A DNA stretch of 64,000 nucleotides from Candidatus Methanomethylophilaceae archaeon (GCA_050950505.1 JBMNHS010000001.1:512001-576000); one strand, 5' to 3'; shown: positions 39,309 to 49,189, counted from the first letter of the stretch. A program made the numbers and translations. Notes: a model not told the origin generated them from the letters alone.

Positions 39309-41183
39309 ATGGAAATTTTTCCTTACCCTTACAGAAAGGGTCAGGAGGAGCTTGTCAAATTCCTCCGAAACATTTCGATTACCGGCGGAACCGCGGTGAT
39401 AGAATCCGGCACGGGAACGGGCAAAACCGTTTCATCCCTTTCCGCCGCCATCTCGGCGGCCAAAGCCACCGGATGCAAAGTAGTGTATCTTACCCGGACC
39501 AGGTCCCAGCAGAAGCAGGTGGTCATCGAGTGCGCCAGAATATCGGAGAAGATTCCGCTACTGTGCGTTCCGATCCAAGGACGCAGGGCGTCTTCCTGTC
39601 CGATGATGGCCGATGACCCGGAGCTGTCATCGGGAACGCCGGAGGAACTGTCGAAACTCTGTTCCGAATACAAACGCAAAGAGAACGGAGTGTCCGCCTG
39701 TGAGCACTTCTCAAAAATAGAGGGTACGGATCTGTCCCAGATAATTGAATACGTCAGAAACGAAAATCCGACCCAGGAAGAATTTGACGTTTACTGCAAG
39801 AATCTGAAACTTTGTTCTTATGAACTGACCAAATTGCTGTTGCCCGACGCGGATGTGATTGTGGCGCCCTATCCCTTCATTTTCATGCAGCCGGTGTTCA
39901 CGAGATTTTCCGAATGGGCGGAAACGCCGTTGTCGTCGATGATTTTGGTAATAGACGAGGCTCACAATCTTCCCGACTATCTGAGGGAGATAATGACTTC
40001 CGAATACAGCCTTCGGGCTCTGGATATGGCGGAAAGTGAAGCCAAAGAATGGGGCGATCCGGAAGTTTCCGACGGGTTCAAAGTAACCGACCTGACCGGA
40101 GTCATGAGGGCCATAATAAAATCCGCCCGGGAGTATCTGGTGGAGGACGATGGGATAGTTCCGCCTTATTTCCTTCAGGATGAACTGATGGAAAAATTGG
40201 GAACCGGTTCCAGAACAATCATTTCGATTTCAAATTCTTTGATTGATGTCGGTGAAATAATTTCCGAAGCCAAGAAGAAGAAAAAACGGCTGCCGAGAAC
40301 ATACATTGGTTCCCTGGGAAGATTTCTTCAGCACTGGTACATGACCGAAGACGGATTCTACGTCCGCCTGGTCGAAGAGATCGAAAACACCCGTCTCCGA
40401 ATTTATTGCATGGATCCGAGGGAAGCGGCCCTCCCTTTGACGGCCTGCCATTCATCGATTCACATGTCCGGGACTCTGGTTCCTCTGGAGGATTACGCGA
40501 GGGAGTTGGGTCTTGAACGGGCGGAAACCAGAGTGTTCCCGTCTCCGTTCGACCCCGACAATCTGTATGTGGGTCATGTGACGGATCTGTCCACCCGATA
40601 TGAGGAAATGAACAATCCCGAAAACGTCATGCAACTGGAAAACATGACCGTGGAACTGGCAAGATGCACAGACCGGAACACCGCGGTGTTTTTTCCTTCG
40701 TACAGACTCATGGACGTTTTCATCGAGGACGGAGTGCCCGAAAGAATAGGGAAGGATATTTTCTTCGAAGTCAAGGGGATGTCCCAGCCGGACCTCACGG
40801 AAGCGGTCGAAGGTTTCACAAACACGCCTCAGAGCGTACTCTTTGCCGTGACCGGAGGCAGAATCAGCGAAGGTCTTGATTTTCCGGACAAAGATCTCGA
40901 AGTCGCAATCGTAATCGGGGTGCCTTACCCCAGACCCACCGCCAGACACAAAGCGTTCACGAGATACTGCGAACTGAGGTTCGGCGACGGATTCAGATAC
41001 GCTTCAAAAATTCCCGCGGCAAGAAAAATAAGGCAGGCGATAGGCAGGCTCATCCGTTCGGAGAACGATGTCGGTGCAGCGTTGATCCTGGACCGCCGCG
41101 CGGCGGTTTTGGACGGGCTCGAATCGGTACCTTCCGAGAATCCATGCGAAGATATCGCAAACTCCTTTGCCAAAAAAGGATAA
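39309..41183 (+). CDS. XPD/Rad3/DinG-family Fe-S DNA helicase
   Basis: GTGTGKT, four Fe-S Cys, DEAH, SGTL, SEGLDF, QAIGRLIR. Confidence 0.93.
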   Translation: MEIFPYPYRKGQEELVKFLRNISITGGTAVIESGTGTGKTVSSLSAAISAAKATGCKVVYLTRTRSQQKQVVIECARISEKIPLLCVPIQGRRASSCPMMADDPELSSGTPEELSKLCSEYKRKENGVSACEHFSKIEGTDLSQIIEYVRNENPTQEEFDVYCKNLKLCSYELTKLLLPDADVIVAPYPFIFMQPVFTRFSEWAETPLSSMILVIDEAHNLPDYLREIMTSEYSLRALDMAESEAKEWGDPEVSDGFKVTDLTGVMRAIIKSAREYLVEDDGIVPPYFLQDELMEKLGTGSRTIISISNSLIDVGEIISEAKKKKKRLPRTYIGSLGRFLQHWYMTEDGFYVRLVEEIENTRLRIYCMDPREAALPLTACHSSIHMSGTLVPLEDYARELGLERAETRVFPSPFDPDNLYVGHVTDLSTRYEEMNNPENVMQLENMTVELARCTDRNTAVFFPSYRLMDVFIEDGVPERIGKDIFFEVKGMSQPDLTEAVEGFTNTPQSVLFAVTGGRISEGLDFPDKDLEVAIVIGVPYPRPTARHKAFTRYCELRFGDGFRYASKIPAARKIRQAIGRLIRSENDVGAALILDRRAAVLDGLESVPSENPCEDIANSFAKKG

Positions 41184-41213
41184 TTTTATAAAAGACAGGG
41201 CTTTCCTCGGGGT

Positions 41214-41468
41214 ATGCACATCAACGTAGACGAAGATGTAAAAAACAAAATAATCGAGGAGGGCGTGGATTACCGCGTCTGCACTTCCTGTTCCGGTCCC
41301 GCATTGGTGCCCGTGACCGTCAAGCCTCCGAAGGCCAACGATGTCAGGATACCCATCGGCGACAACACTCTTTACATATCCGCGGTACAGGCAAGGTACA
41401 TAAACCGTGTCACTTTGGATATGGTTTACAACCAGAGGCAGATGAACTACTGTTCCGCCTTTTACTGA
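41214..41468 (+). CDS. Small hypothetical protein with CxxC
   Basis: YRVCTSCSGP...KPPK..D; typical codon usage; fills the gap. Confidence 0.75.
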   Translation: MHINVDEDVKNKIIEEGVDYRVCTSCSGPALVPVTVKPPKANDVRIPIGDNTLYISAVQARYINRVTLDMVYNQRQMNYCSAFY

Positions 41469-42095
41469 TCAGGAAATTCTTATCGCCGATGTTGCCGAAG
41501 ATTCCGCAAGATCTTCGGCGGCTATCAATTTACTGAAATTCAGAACCTTTTCGGGATTTGCATCCGTGACGGGTCCCTTGGGAACCGCGGTGCAGCTGAC
41601 GGCCGGCCGAATGGATATTTCGTAAGTACCGATTTCTTTCGCTATTTCTTCGATTTCGATTTTGTCGTAACCGATCAAAGGCCGGAGTACGGGAATACCC
41701 AATCCTGTGTTTTCGGCTCGGATGTTTCTTAAGGTCTGGGATGCGACCTGTCCCAAAGCGTCCCCCATGACTATTCCGGAGCACCCGAATTTTTCGCACA
41801 TTTTCTTCGCGGTGTGTTGCATCAGATGTTTGCACAAAACGCACTGATACCTCACGTCGCATTTTTCTCCGATGGCGGTCTGGGACGGGCCGTGTTCCGC
41901 AGAATACAGCGGCATCTCCTGCCCCGTTGCCGTCCTCAGCTGTTCGGCCAAATCCTTCACGTTGTCCAACGACCTGCCGTCTTCGTACGGGGTGTTGTCC
42001 ATGTGCAAAAGTATGATTTCGGCTCCGGCTTCCGCCATGACATATGCGGCGACCGGAGAATCGATCCCCCCGGACAGGAGGGCGATGAGTTTCAG
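41469..42095 (-). CDS. ThiI-like PP-loop sulfurtransferase, catalytic domain only (208 aa, CTG start)
   Basis: LIALLSGGIDSPVAAY lies upstream of the ORF-track ATG; CVLCK, G..LGQVASQTL.N, RPLIG.DK, IGTY, C-terminal Cys. Confidence 0.85.
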   Translation of the reverse strand: MKLIALLSGGIDSPVAAYVMAEAGAEIILLHMDNTPYEDGRSLDNVKDLAEQLRTATGQEMPLYSAEHGPSQTAIGEKCDVRYQCVLCKHLMQHTAKKMCEKFGCSGIVMGDALGQVASQTLRNIRAENTGLGIPVLRPLIGYDKIEIEEIAKEIGTYEISIRPAVSCTAVPKGPVTDANPEKVLNFSKLIAAEDLAESSATSAIRIS

Positions 42096-42250
42096 TTCAG
42101 ATACCTCCCCGTCTGTATCGGGGATCCGTCGTCTTCATCATCGTCGATCATCATGTAGTACAGTCCGCTGATTATGTCCTTTAGATCTTTGATCTCGGCT
42201 TTCAGCGCCGTGACTTCCGCACGGAGACCTTCCAATTCCTGCTGGTTCAT
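42092..42250 (-). CDS. Unannotated 52-aa coiled-coil/acidic protein
   Basis: MNQQELEGLRAEVTALKAEIKDLKDIISGLYYMMIDDDEDDGSPIQTGRYLN; ATGA overlap with csl4 stop, CTGA overlap with the thiI-like start. Confidence 0.75.
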   Translation of the reverse strand: MNQQELEGLRAEVTALKAEIKDLKDIISGLYYMMIDDDEDDGSPIQTGRYLN

Positions 42251-42816
42251 AGCTTAACGTTCCCGTAATCCTTGGCCAGTTTTCTGGGCATGGAGTATTT
42301 GCATTCAGGACAGTAAATACCTTTTCCTTTGCGCTCCATTTCTGTTTTGCAGGTACCGCACAAGGAACGGATTACGCCAAGATCGTCATCTCTGGTCGAA
42401 AGTTGCAGGGACGGCTCGGTCTCAATGACTCTGGCCCTGATGAAATCTCCTTTTCTCAGTTCGGAACCCACGTCATCCGTGTAACCGGGGGATATTTTGG
42501 ACACATGAATGGTTGCGTAAGTCTCTCCTCCGACGCCCCTTTCGGTTCCGTCGGTGGCGACCACATCCGCCGTGGCCATGGTTTTGCGTATGTCTGCGAC
42601 TATCGCATACACCGTATCTCCCTCTTTCAGAATGTTCGGAGGGTTGGGCGTCACCACTCTTGCGACGTATTCTTCATTGTCGAGAACCAGTTCCCCGATT
42701 TGGGAAGCGTATATTTTACCGTTTTCGGCATATGTTCCGTCTGACGCAAGGTATTCTTCTTCTACCGCTACCTCGTCTCCGGGGAAAACTCCAATTTTAT
42801 GTTTCATCAAAATCAC
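42247..42816 (-). CDS. csl4: Exosome RNA-binding subunit Csl4
   Basis: VFPGD..A.EEEY...GTY, S1 domain, Zn ribbon CGTC...CPEC...RK.A..YG. Confidence 0.9.
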   Translation of the reverse strand: MILMKHKIGVFPGDEVAVEEEYLASDGTYAENGKIYASQIGELVLDNEEYVARVVTPNPPNILKEGDTVYAIVADIRKTMATADVVATDGTERGVGGETYATIHVSKISPGYTDDVGSELRKGDFIRARVIETEPSLQLSTRDDDLGVIRSLCGTCKTEMERKGKGIYCPECKYSMPRKLAKDYGNVKL

Positions 42817-43409
42817 CTTATGTTAACAACAGCTATCTCAATGCTGCGATTTTCATCTCTGTGGAATTCAAATGTATGAGGGATGTTGTACTTATAAACT
42901 TTACAAAGGGACGCTTTTCTGTTCTTCCTTTCGCAGTGCCCGATTACGAAATCCGTTGTTTCCGCTTTGTGGACGGAATACACACATTCCGACAATTCCA
43001 TGGCTTTGTCCAAAAAAGGCCGGTCCGCATTCCTGTTCTGACATCCGAAGGGAGGATTCATAAAAATTGTATCCGCGCCGTCGGTGACGTCGTTCACGTC
43101 GGAAACATGAAATCCGATGTTCAATCCGAGATTCTCTTTGTTTCTGTCAGCGACTTCAATCGCGTCTTCCGAAATATCGTACCCCGCAGACATGCCGGCG
43201 CCCATCAGTGCGGCGGCTATCGCAAACACGCCGTTGCCGCATCCCAAATCCACGATTTTCAGATTTTCGACGTCTCCGTTCATGTAAGCGTCGAACACGA
43301 TGTCGGCGACAATTATCGCAGGAGTGGGATACTGTTCGAGCGACGGGTCGAAAGAAGTCTGTTTTTCAAGACCCTCCAATATGATTTCGAGAGCCCTCTT
43401 CCTCATCAT
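42813..43409 (-). CDS. METTL5-family RNA methyltransferase
   Basis: LEQYPTP, DLGCGNG, MNPPFG, YSVH. Confidence 0.9.
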   Translation of the reverse strand: MMRKRALEIILEGLEKQTSFDPSLEQYPTPAIIVADIVFDAYMNGDVENLKIVDLGCGNGVFAIAAALMGAGMSAGYDISEDAIEVADRNKENLGLNIGFHVSDVNDVTDGADTIFMNPPFGCQNRNADRPFLDKAMELSECVYSVHKAETTDFVIGHCERKNRKASLCKVYKYNIPHTFEFHRDENRSIEIAVVNIR

Positions 43410-43537
43410 GTATCGTATCCTCCCGGGGCTATTTTGTTTTAGCCGTGACCGGGACGAAACGGAAAGTCACATCATAAAATCAATTGTGGCTAAAAATTAG
43501 ATTTTATTTAGTCATTCTTTTATAATACTCTGATTAA

Positions 43538-43555
43538 ATTAGACAAATGTCTAAT
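43538..43555. promoter_or_regulatory. Perfect 8-2-8 palindrome, probable transcription-factor operator
   Basis: ATTAGACA-AA-TGTCTAAT in the AT-rich divergent promoter region. Confidence 0.5.
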
Positions 43556-43649
43556 ATAATTTATTTAATCAGACATAACACAAGTTAATTTATATCATTT
43601 GAGCGCATATCCGCAATCAATCAGCATACCTGCTGAACAGGGGAACCAA

Positions 43650-45254
43650 ATGTACGTCATCGACAACTCGAAATCAACCACGAACACATCTTCAAGAGTC
43701 AAGGATCTTTGTCCTACCAGCGGAATGTGTCCCGTATGCACAGAAGACTGCAATGTAATGTGCGAAGTCTCCAAAGGAGCAATCAGAGGCAGGGAAGTTC
43801 TTTATCCCAGCCCCGAACATTTCGGAAAAAGCACCGCCGCGTCCAACAAGAATTATTTCCTCGATTGGTCGCATTTCCAGATAATGTCCGAGCTTCAGAG
43901 CGCAAAGGGAATCGAACCCGATTCGGACATAGCCTTTTTCGAGAACGTTAAAATCAACACCGTAATCGGTGCCCGCGGAAAGAACCCCATCAAACAGAAA
44001 CTGCCGGTTCACATCGCAGGTTTGGGTTCCACCGCAGTGGCAAAGAGAAACTGGAAGGAGCTCGCGTCCGGAGCCGCTATGGCGGGAGTTTCCGAAGTCA
44101 TCGGAGAAAACGTCTGCGGAATGGACAGCGAAGCCGTCTATTCCAACGGCAAAGTCCAATCTTCCGTTGACCTGGAATTCCGCGTGAATTCCTACCTCAA
44201 TTTTTGGGACGGGGAAAACGGACGCATCGTTCTTCAGACCAACGTTGAAGATCAGCGTGCCGGAGTGGACGAATACGGACTGTCCAAACTTGAAGTGGAA
44301 GTCATCGAGAGAAAGTGGGGGCAGGGCGCAAAGGCCATCGGAGGAGAAGTCAGACTCAACTCCATCGAGAGAGCCCTGGAACTGAAATCCCGTGGATATG
44401 TGGTGGTCCCCGATCCCGAAGACCCCTCGGTTCAGGAAGCCTTCAGGGCCGGCGCTTTCAAAACTTTTGAAAGGCACAGCCGGGTGGGATTTCCCGAACA
44501 TGACAGATTCATCGATGATGTTGACAATCTGAGAACCATGGGCGCAAAAAACGTATTCTTGAAGACCGGCGCCTTCAAACCTGAGGCAGTGGCATTCACA
44601 ATGAAAGTCGCTTCCGAAGCCAAATTGGATCTTGTGACCTTCGACGGGGCGGGAGCGGGCACGGGAATGTCTCCCGTCATGCACATGCACGAATTGGGCA
44701 CTCCGACAATCTGGCTCTTCTCCCAAGTTATGAAGTGCGCTAAATTGCTCAAGGACAGAAACCTCCCTGTTCCCGATGTTTCTTTCGCAGGCGGATTCAT
44801 CAACGAGGCTCAGATGTACAAAGCCTTCGCGCTGTCCGATCTCGGAGACGGTCCAATATGCAGGTCCATCGGAATGGCCAGAGCCCCCCTTACCGCTGCA
44901 ATGAAAGGAAGGAGATTCTCCGAACTTGCCAAGGAAGGAAAACTTCCGGGAAGTTTTTCCAAAGAATACGGAGACGATCCCAAAACCTTCATGATTTCCG
45001 CCGGAACCGTTACAAAAACGTATCCTGACAAGGAAATCGGAACGGAGATTCCGTGGGGAGGGGTTGCGTTGTACACTTACTTCCAGGACAGGCTGGGAGA
45101 AGGTCTCAAGCAACTCATGGCGGGTACCAGAAGATTCACCTTCGATTCCATAGAGTACGGGGACATTGTCACCCTTACGGATATCGCGAGCAGGGTTTCC
45201 GGTGTTGAAACTTTGGAAGCCCGGGCGGAAAGGGTAATGGAGAATCTTCTCTGA
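43650..45254 (+). CDS. FMN-binding glutamate synthase family protein with N-terminal Cys cluster
   Basis: SGMCPVC...C...CE, GLGST, IGENVCG, KWGQGAKAIGGEV, DGAGAGTGMSP; ATG 43650 after GGGG SD. Confidence 0.85.
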   Translation: MYVIDNSKSTTNTSSRVKDLCPTSGMCPVCTEDCNVMCEVSKGAIRGREVLYPSPEHFGKSTAASNKNYFLDWSHFQIMSELQSAKGIEPDSDIAFFENVKINTVIGARGKNPIKQKLPVHIAGLGSTAVAKRNWKELASGAAMAGVSEVIGENVCGMDSEAVYSNGKVQSSVDLEFRVNSYLNFWDGENGRIVLQTNVEDQRAGVDEYGLSKLEVEVIERKWGQGAKAIGGEVRLNSIERALELKSRGYVVVPDPEDPSVQEAFRAGAFKTFERHSRVGFPEHDRFIDDVDNLRTMGAKNVFLKTGAFKPEAVAFTMKVASEAKLDLVTFDGAGAGTGMSPVMHMHELGTPTIWLFSQVMKCAKLLKDRNLPVPDVSFAGGFINEAQMYKAFALSDLGDGPICRSIGMARAPLTAAMKGRRFSELAKEGKLPGSFSKEYGDDPKTFMISAGTVTKTYPDKEIGTEIPWGGVALYTYFQDRLGEGLKQLMAGTRRFTFDSIEYGDIVTLTDIASRVSGVETLEARAERVMENLL

Positions 45255-45361
45255 AACCGATTTAAGGGGACGGTCTTATCAGGCCGTCCCGTGATATATT
45301 TTATAGAACAATCCCATTGCGAGCCGCGAACGTCGGGATGGATTGTTCCTGATACGGGGGA

Positions 45362-46915
45362 GTGCAATTGGTAAAAATCAAACGTGCGATCGTCAGTGTT
45401 TCTGACAAAACGGGCATAGCGGACTTTGTCCGGGAACTGGTTTCCCGAGGTACGGAGGTAATATCCACCGGAGGAACCCATAAACTTCTGAAGGAAGAAG
45501 GAATCGACGTGACTGAAGTCTCCGACGTAACGGGATTCCCGGAAATGCTGGACGGCCGCGTGAAAACCCTGCACCCCAAACTGCACGGGGGAATACTCGC
45601 GAAACGCGATGACGCAAACCATATGAAAGCCCTCGAAAACGCGGAGATAACCCCCGTGGACATGGTGGTGGTGAATCTTTATCCGTTCAAAGAAACGGTT
45701 CTGAAAAATTCTTCTTTCGACGACATTGTGGAAAATATCGACATTGGCGGCCCCAGCCTGATTCGCGCCGCCGCCAAAAATTACAATTCCGTGGCGGTTG
45801 TCACGGATCCTTCCCAATACTCCCTGATTCTCGAAGACATCAAAGAACACGGAGAAGTCATTCCCGGAACCTTGGAAAAGCTCATGGCCGAAGCCTTCGT
45901 GAACACTGCGAATTACGACGCGATGATCGCCGAAACCGTGCTGAAACGGTTCGGTGACGGATTTCCCCGTTCATTCCCCGTTCCCACGGAGAAAGTCGAA
46001 GATCTCAGATACGGGGAAAACCCCAATCAGAAAGCCGCGTATTACACGGATCCCTTCACGGAAGGGCCCACCGTGTCAAAATCCGAACAGCTTCACGGCA
46101 AACAGCTGTCTTTCAACAACATCCTCGATTTGGACAAAGCCCTCGACATCGTAATGGATTTTGAAAAGCCGACGGTTGTTGTGATGAAACACACCAACCC
46201 CTGCGGTTTGGCTTCCGCCGATACGATATCGGAAGCCTTCATCACCGCTTATGACGTGGACCCCATGTCCGCCTACGGGTGTGTGATTGCACTCAACCGG
46301 GACTGCGATATGAAAACCGCCGAAGAAATCAAGAAACATTTCGTTGAAGCGGTCATTTGCCCGGAGTACGAACCGGAAGCCCTTGAACTTCTGCAGACCA
46401 AGAAGAATCTCCGCATTCTCAGAACCGGGGAACCGATCGGCCCCGACCGCAGACACAGGGATTACAAAATGAAGAAGGTCAGAGGCGGGATGCTGATCCA
46501 GACCGACGAAGACCTCGTCATAGACCCGAACAATCTCACGGTGGTCACCGAACGTGCACCGACGGAAGATGAAATCCATTCGTTGCTGTTTGCATGGAAA
46601 CTCGCCAAACATGTAACGTCCAATGCCGTCGTATACGTGAAAGACGAACGTGCGGTGGGCATCGGGGCGGGTCAGATGAGCCGGGTGGATTCCGCAAAGA
46701 TTGCGGCGATGAAAGCCAACGAGCCCACTGAAGGCAGTGTTATGGCATCCGACGCGTTCTTCCCTTTCAGGGACGGAGTGGACACCGCCGCCGAAGCGGG
46801 CGTGACCGCAATAATCCAACCCGGCGGAAGCATTCGGGACCAGGAAGTCATAGACGCCGCCAACGAACACGGCATAGCCATGGTGTTTACCGGCTGCCGG
46901 GTGTTCAGACACTGA
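45362..46915 (+). CDS. purH: Bifunctional AICAR transformylase/IMP cyclohydrolase
   Basis: [53 protein letters not shown]. Confidence 0.97.
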   Translation: MQLVKIKRAIVSVSDKTGIADFVRELVSRGTEVISTGGTHKLLKEEGIDVTEVSDVTGFPEMLDGRVKTLHPKLHGGILAKRDDANHMKALENAEITPVDMVVVNLYPFKETVLKNSSFDDIVENIDIGGPSLIRAAAKNYNSVAVVTDPSQYSLILEDIKEHGEVIPGTLEKLMAEAFVNTANYDAMIAETVLKRFGDGFPRSFPVPTEKVEDLRYGENPNQKAAYYTDPFTEGPTVSKSEQLHGKQLSFNNILDLDKALDIVMDFEKPTVVVMKHTNPCGLASADTISEAFITAYDVDPMSAYGCVIALNRDCDMKTAEEIKKHFVEAVICPEYEPEALELLQTKKNLRILRTGEPIGPDRRHRDYKMKKVRGGMLIQTDEDLVIDPNNLTVVTERAPTEDEIHSLLFAWKLAKHVTSNAVVYVKDERAVGIGAGQMSRVDSAKIAAMKANEPTEGSVMASDAFFPFRDGVDTAAEAGVTAIIQPGGSIRDQEVIDAANEHGIAMVFTGCRVFRH

Positions 46916-46924
46916 TTTCCGGTT

Positions 46925-47137
46925 TCAGTCCTTGTCCAACTCTATGGGTATGATGGGCTTTCCCTCGGCCTTTCTCTTCATGTGTCCCCCAGGGCCTCCC
47001 CGTTCTATACGGGCGGCTTCGATACATTCGGGGTTGTTGCACACGTGAGCGGCGAATACGAAATTCTTGGAGGGTTTGCCGCATATCTCACAGGGGTAAT
47101 CTTCAAATCCTGTTTCCATGAAAGGTACATTGTTCAT
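46925..47137 (-). CDS. Small putative Zn-binding protein
   Basis: CEICG...C...EC...RGGPGGH. Confidence 0.7.
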   Translation of the reverse strand: MNNVPFMETGFEDYPCEICGKPSKNFVFAAHVCNNPECIEAARIERGGPGGHMKRKAEGKPIIPIELDKD

Positions 47138-47169
47138 CTGATGTAAAAACCAAGCGTTATGTATGCACA

Positions 47170-47610
47170 GTGCCGTCCGTGATTGTGAACTTTCAGACTC
47201 TTTCGGAAAAATACAGACTGGACGATTGCATCAAATGCAAACGTTGCACGAAAAACTGCCCCTCCGCAAAACACGGAGGAATAATCCCGGACCGGGTTGT
47301 GTCTGAAGTCTCCGAGGGAATTTACGACGGTGATCCCTGGACCTGCCTGATGTGTCACAGATGCGGCATGGTCTGCCCCAAAGACATAGATATTCCGGAA
47401 CTGATCCGGGAACTCCGTCAATCAGAAGCTTCGAAAGAAAATATTCCGGACAGGTTTTCCCGGGTTTACAAAAGATACATGGAAACCGGAGACACGCTGT
47501 CCGTGGCAGCTTCCATGGATGAAGAAAGGAACCGGCTCGGACTTCCGAACATGGAAAGGGACGTTGACGCTTTGGAAAAACTCAGAAAAATAACTGGAGG
47601 CAAAGAATGA
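47170..47610 (+). CDS. HdrC-like 2x[4Fe-4S] protein
   Basis: CIKCKRCTKNCP and W.CLMCHRCGMVCP. Confidence 0.85.
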   Translation: MPSVIVNFQTLSEKYRLDDCIKCKRCTKNCPSAKHGGIIPDRVVSEVSEGIYDGDPWTCLMCHRCGMVCPKDIDIPELIRELRQSEASKENIPDRFSRVYKRYMETGDTLSVAASMDEERNRLGLPNMERDVDALEKLRKITGGKE

Positions 47611-48377
47611 AACTGTTCCCCGGTTGCACCGTGACATCAAGAATACCTTTTGTGGAATCCGCCACGTTGTTCATCGCCGAAGAGCTGGGAAAGGAATTTT
47701 CCGGCAAAGAACCGATGTGCTGTTTCGAACCCACGGGACTCAGGTCCGTGGATTATGACGTATGGACCGCCGTCGGCGAGATGATCCATTCCCGCAACGC
47801 GAATGAAAGAATAGTGACTCTCTGCGAGGGATGCAACATGTCTCTCTCCCTGTCCAAAGACATTCTTGAGACGGATGAAGGAATCGCATCGGCCGAAACA
47901 AGACTTTCGGAAGTCGGAATGAAACCCGGAACGGCGGAGGTGAACGGACTTTTGGAATATCTTCATGAAAACACCGAGGGAATCAGAAAAGCGGTCAAAA
48001 CACCGATCAAAGGGACCGGCGCGGTGTTTCCCGGATGCCACGGGGATTACGCATACATGAAGAGAGGTCACGACGCTTCCGATCTGCTTTATGAAATCAT
48101 GGAAGCCGCGGGCTGTCAGGGAGTGAAACTCAAAGGTCCTCTTTGTTGCGGCGGAGGCCTCCAAGGAGTTTACGACGACATCGCCGAAGACATAATTGCC
48201 GATATGGTGGATGCCTTCAGAGAAGCAGGTGCAGACTTTGCGGTGGTATCCTGCGGATTCTGTTTCCGCAGGATAGACGGAGCCGCGAAATTCCCGGTAA
48301 TGCACATATCCGAACTTGTGGCCCGGAGTATGGGTTGGGATGCGAATCTGTCCCGTTACCACAGAACCGAGATTTAA
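47607..48377 (+). CDS. HdrB-like CCG-domain protein
   Basis: FPGC...CC...CEGC and FPGCH...CCGGG...CGFC. Confidence 0.85.
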   Translation: MKLFPGCTVTSRIPFVESATLFIAEELGKEFSGKEPMCCFEPTGLRSVDYDVWTAVGEMIHSRNANERIVTLCEGCNMSLSLSKDILETDEGIASAETRLSEVGMKPGTAEVNGLLEYLHENTEGIRKAVKTPIKGTGAVFPGCHGDYAYMKRGHDASDLLYEIMEAAGCQGVKLKGPLCCGGGLQGVYDDIAEDIIADMVDAFREAGADFAVVSCGFCFRRIDGAAKFPVMHISELVARSMGWDANLSRYHRTEI

Positions 48378-49189
48378 TCCAAGTCCAGCGAAAACTGCAC
48401 CGCGGTAACCGAATGGGTCAAAGAACCCATGGACACCAGATCCGCACATCCCGCAAAATCGGCGATGTTGTCCAACGTAATGTCTCCGGACGCTTCCACC
48501 AATACTTTGGGCGAGACCTCTTTGACGGCATCCCTGAGCTTCCGGACGTCTTCCGGTTCCATGTTGTCTGCCATGACGATGTCCGCTCCCATTTCGGCTA
48601 CGGTGACGGCGTCGGCGACATTGTTCACTTCGATTTCCACTTTCACATGGAATTGGGTTTTCAAAGCTTCGGTCATGGCATTTTCCACCGAACCGCAGGC
48701 TTTTATGTGATTGTCTTTGATCAAGATCATGTCATAAAGACCGAATCTGTGTTCGGCTCCGCCTCCGAGGCGTATGGCTTTTTTTTCGTATTTCCTGAAT
48801 CCGGGGGTGGTTTTCCGGGTTCCGCATACCTGAGTTCCGGAATCCTTTCCGAGAAGTTCTGCGGCTTTCGCGGTGGCGGTGGCTATGCCGCTCATCCTCA
48901 TCAGGAAGTTGAGTGCGGTGCGCTCGGCGGTGATTATGCCTCTGACGGGTCCGGTAATCGAAACAATCCGGTCTCCGGCCGCGACTCTGTCGCCGTCTTC
49001 CACGACGGGGGACGCATCCGCACCCAAAAGGGAAAACACCATACAGGCTTCTTCGATTCCGGCGACCACCGCATCTCTTTCACAGATGATGGAGGCTCTT
49101 CCGTTGGTGTCGGGAACCACCAATTCGGCGGTAAGGTCCCCTCTGCCGACATCCTCCAGGAGAAACCTTTCGATGTCTTTCATAATCAC
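48374..49189 (-). CDS. nadC: Nicotinate-nucleotide pyrophosphorylase (quinolinate PRTase)
   Basis: ERTALN, TRKTTPG, HRFGLYD, KDNH, EASG. Confidence 0.95.
   Translation of the reverse strand: MIMKDIERFLLEDVGRGDLTAELVVPDTNGRASIICERDAVVAGIEEACMVFSLLGADASPVVEDGDRVAAGDRIVSITGPVRGIITAERTALNFLMRMSGIATATAKAAELLGKDSGTQVCGTRKTTPGFRKYEKKAIRLGGGAEHRFGLYDMILIKDNHIKACGSVENAMTEALKTQFHVKVEIEVNNVADAVTVAEMGADIVMADNMEPEDVRKLRDAVKEVSPKVLVEASGDITLDNIADFAGCADLVSMGSLTHSVTAVQFSLDLD

Noticed and set aside
43692-45113. 473-aa antisense ORF (likewise 37608-38870, 60334-61518, 49276-50400, 19934-21004, 33764-34816, 2897-3883)
   Set aside because: Shadows of well-supported genes, expected when TTA/CTA/TCA codons are rare; no recognisable motifs
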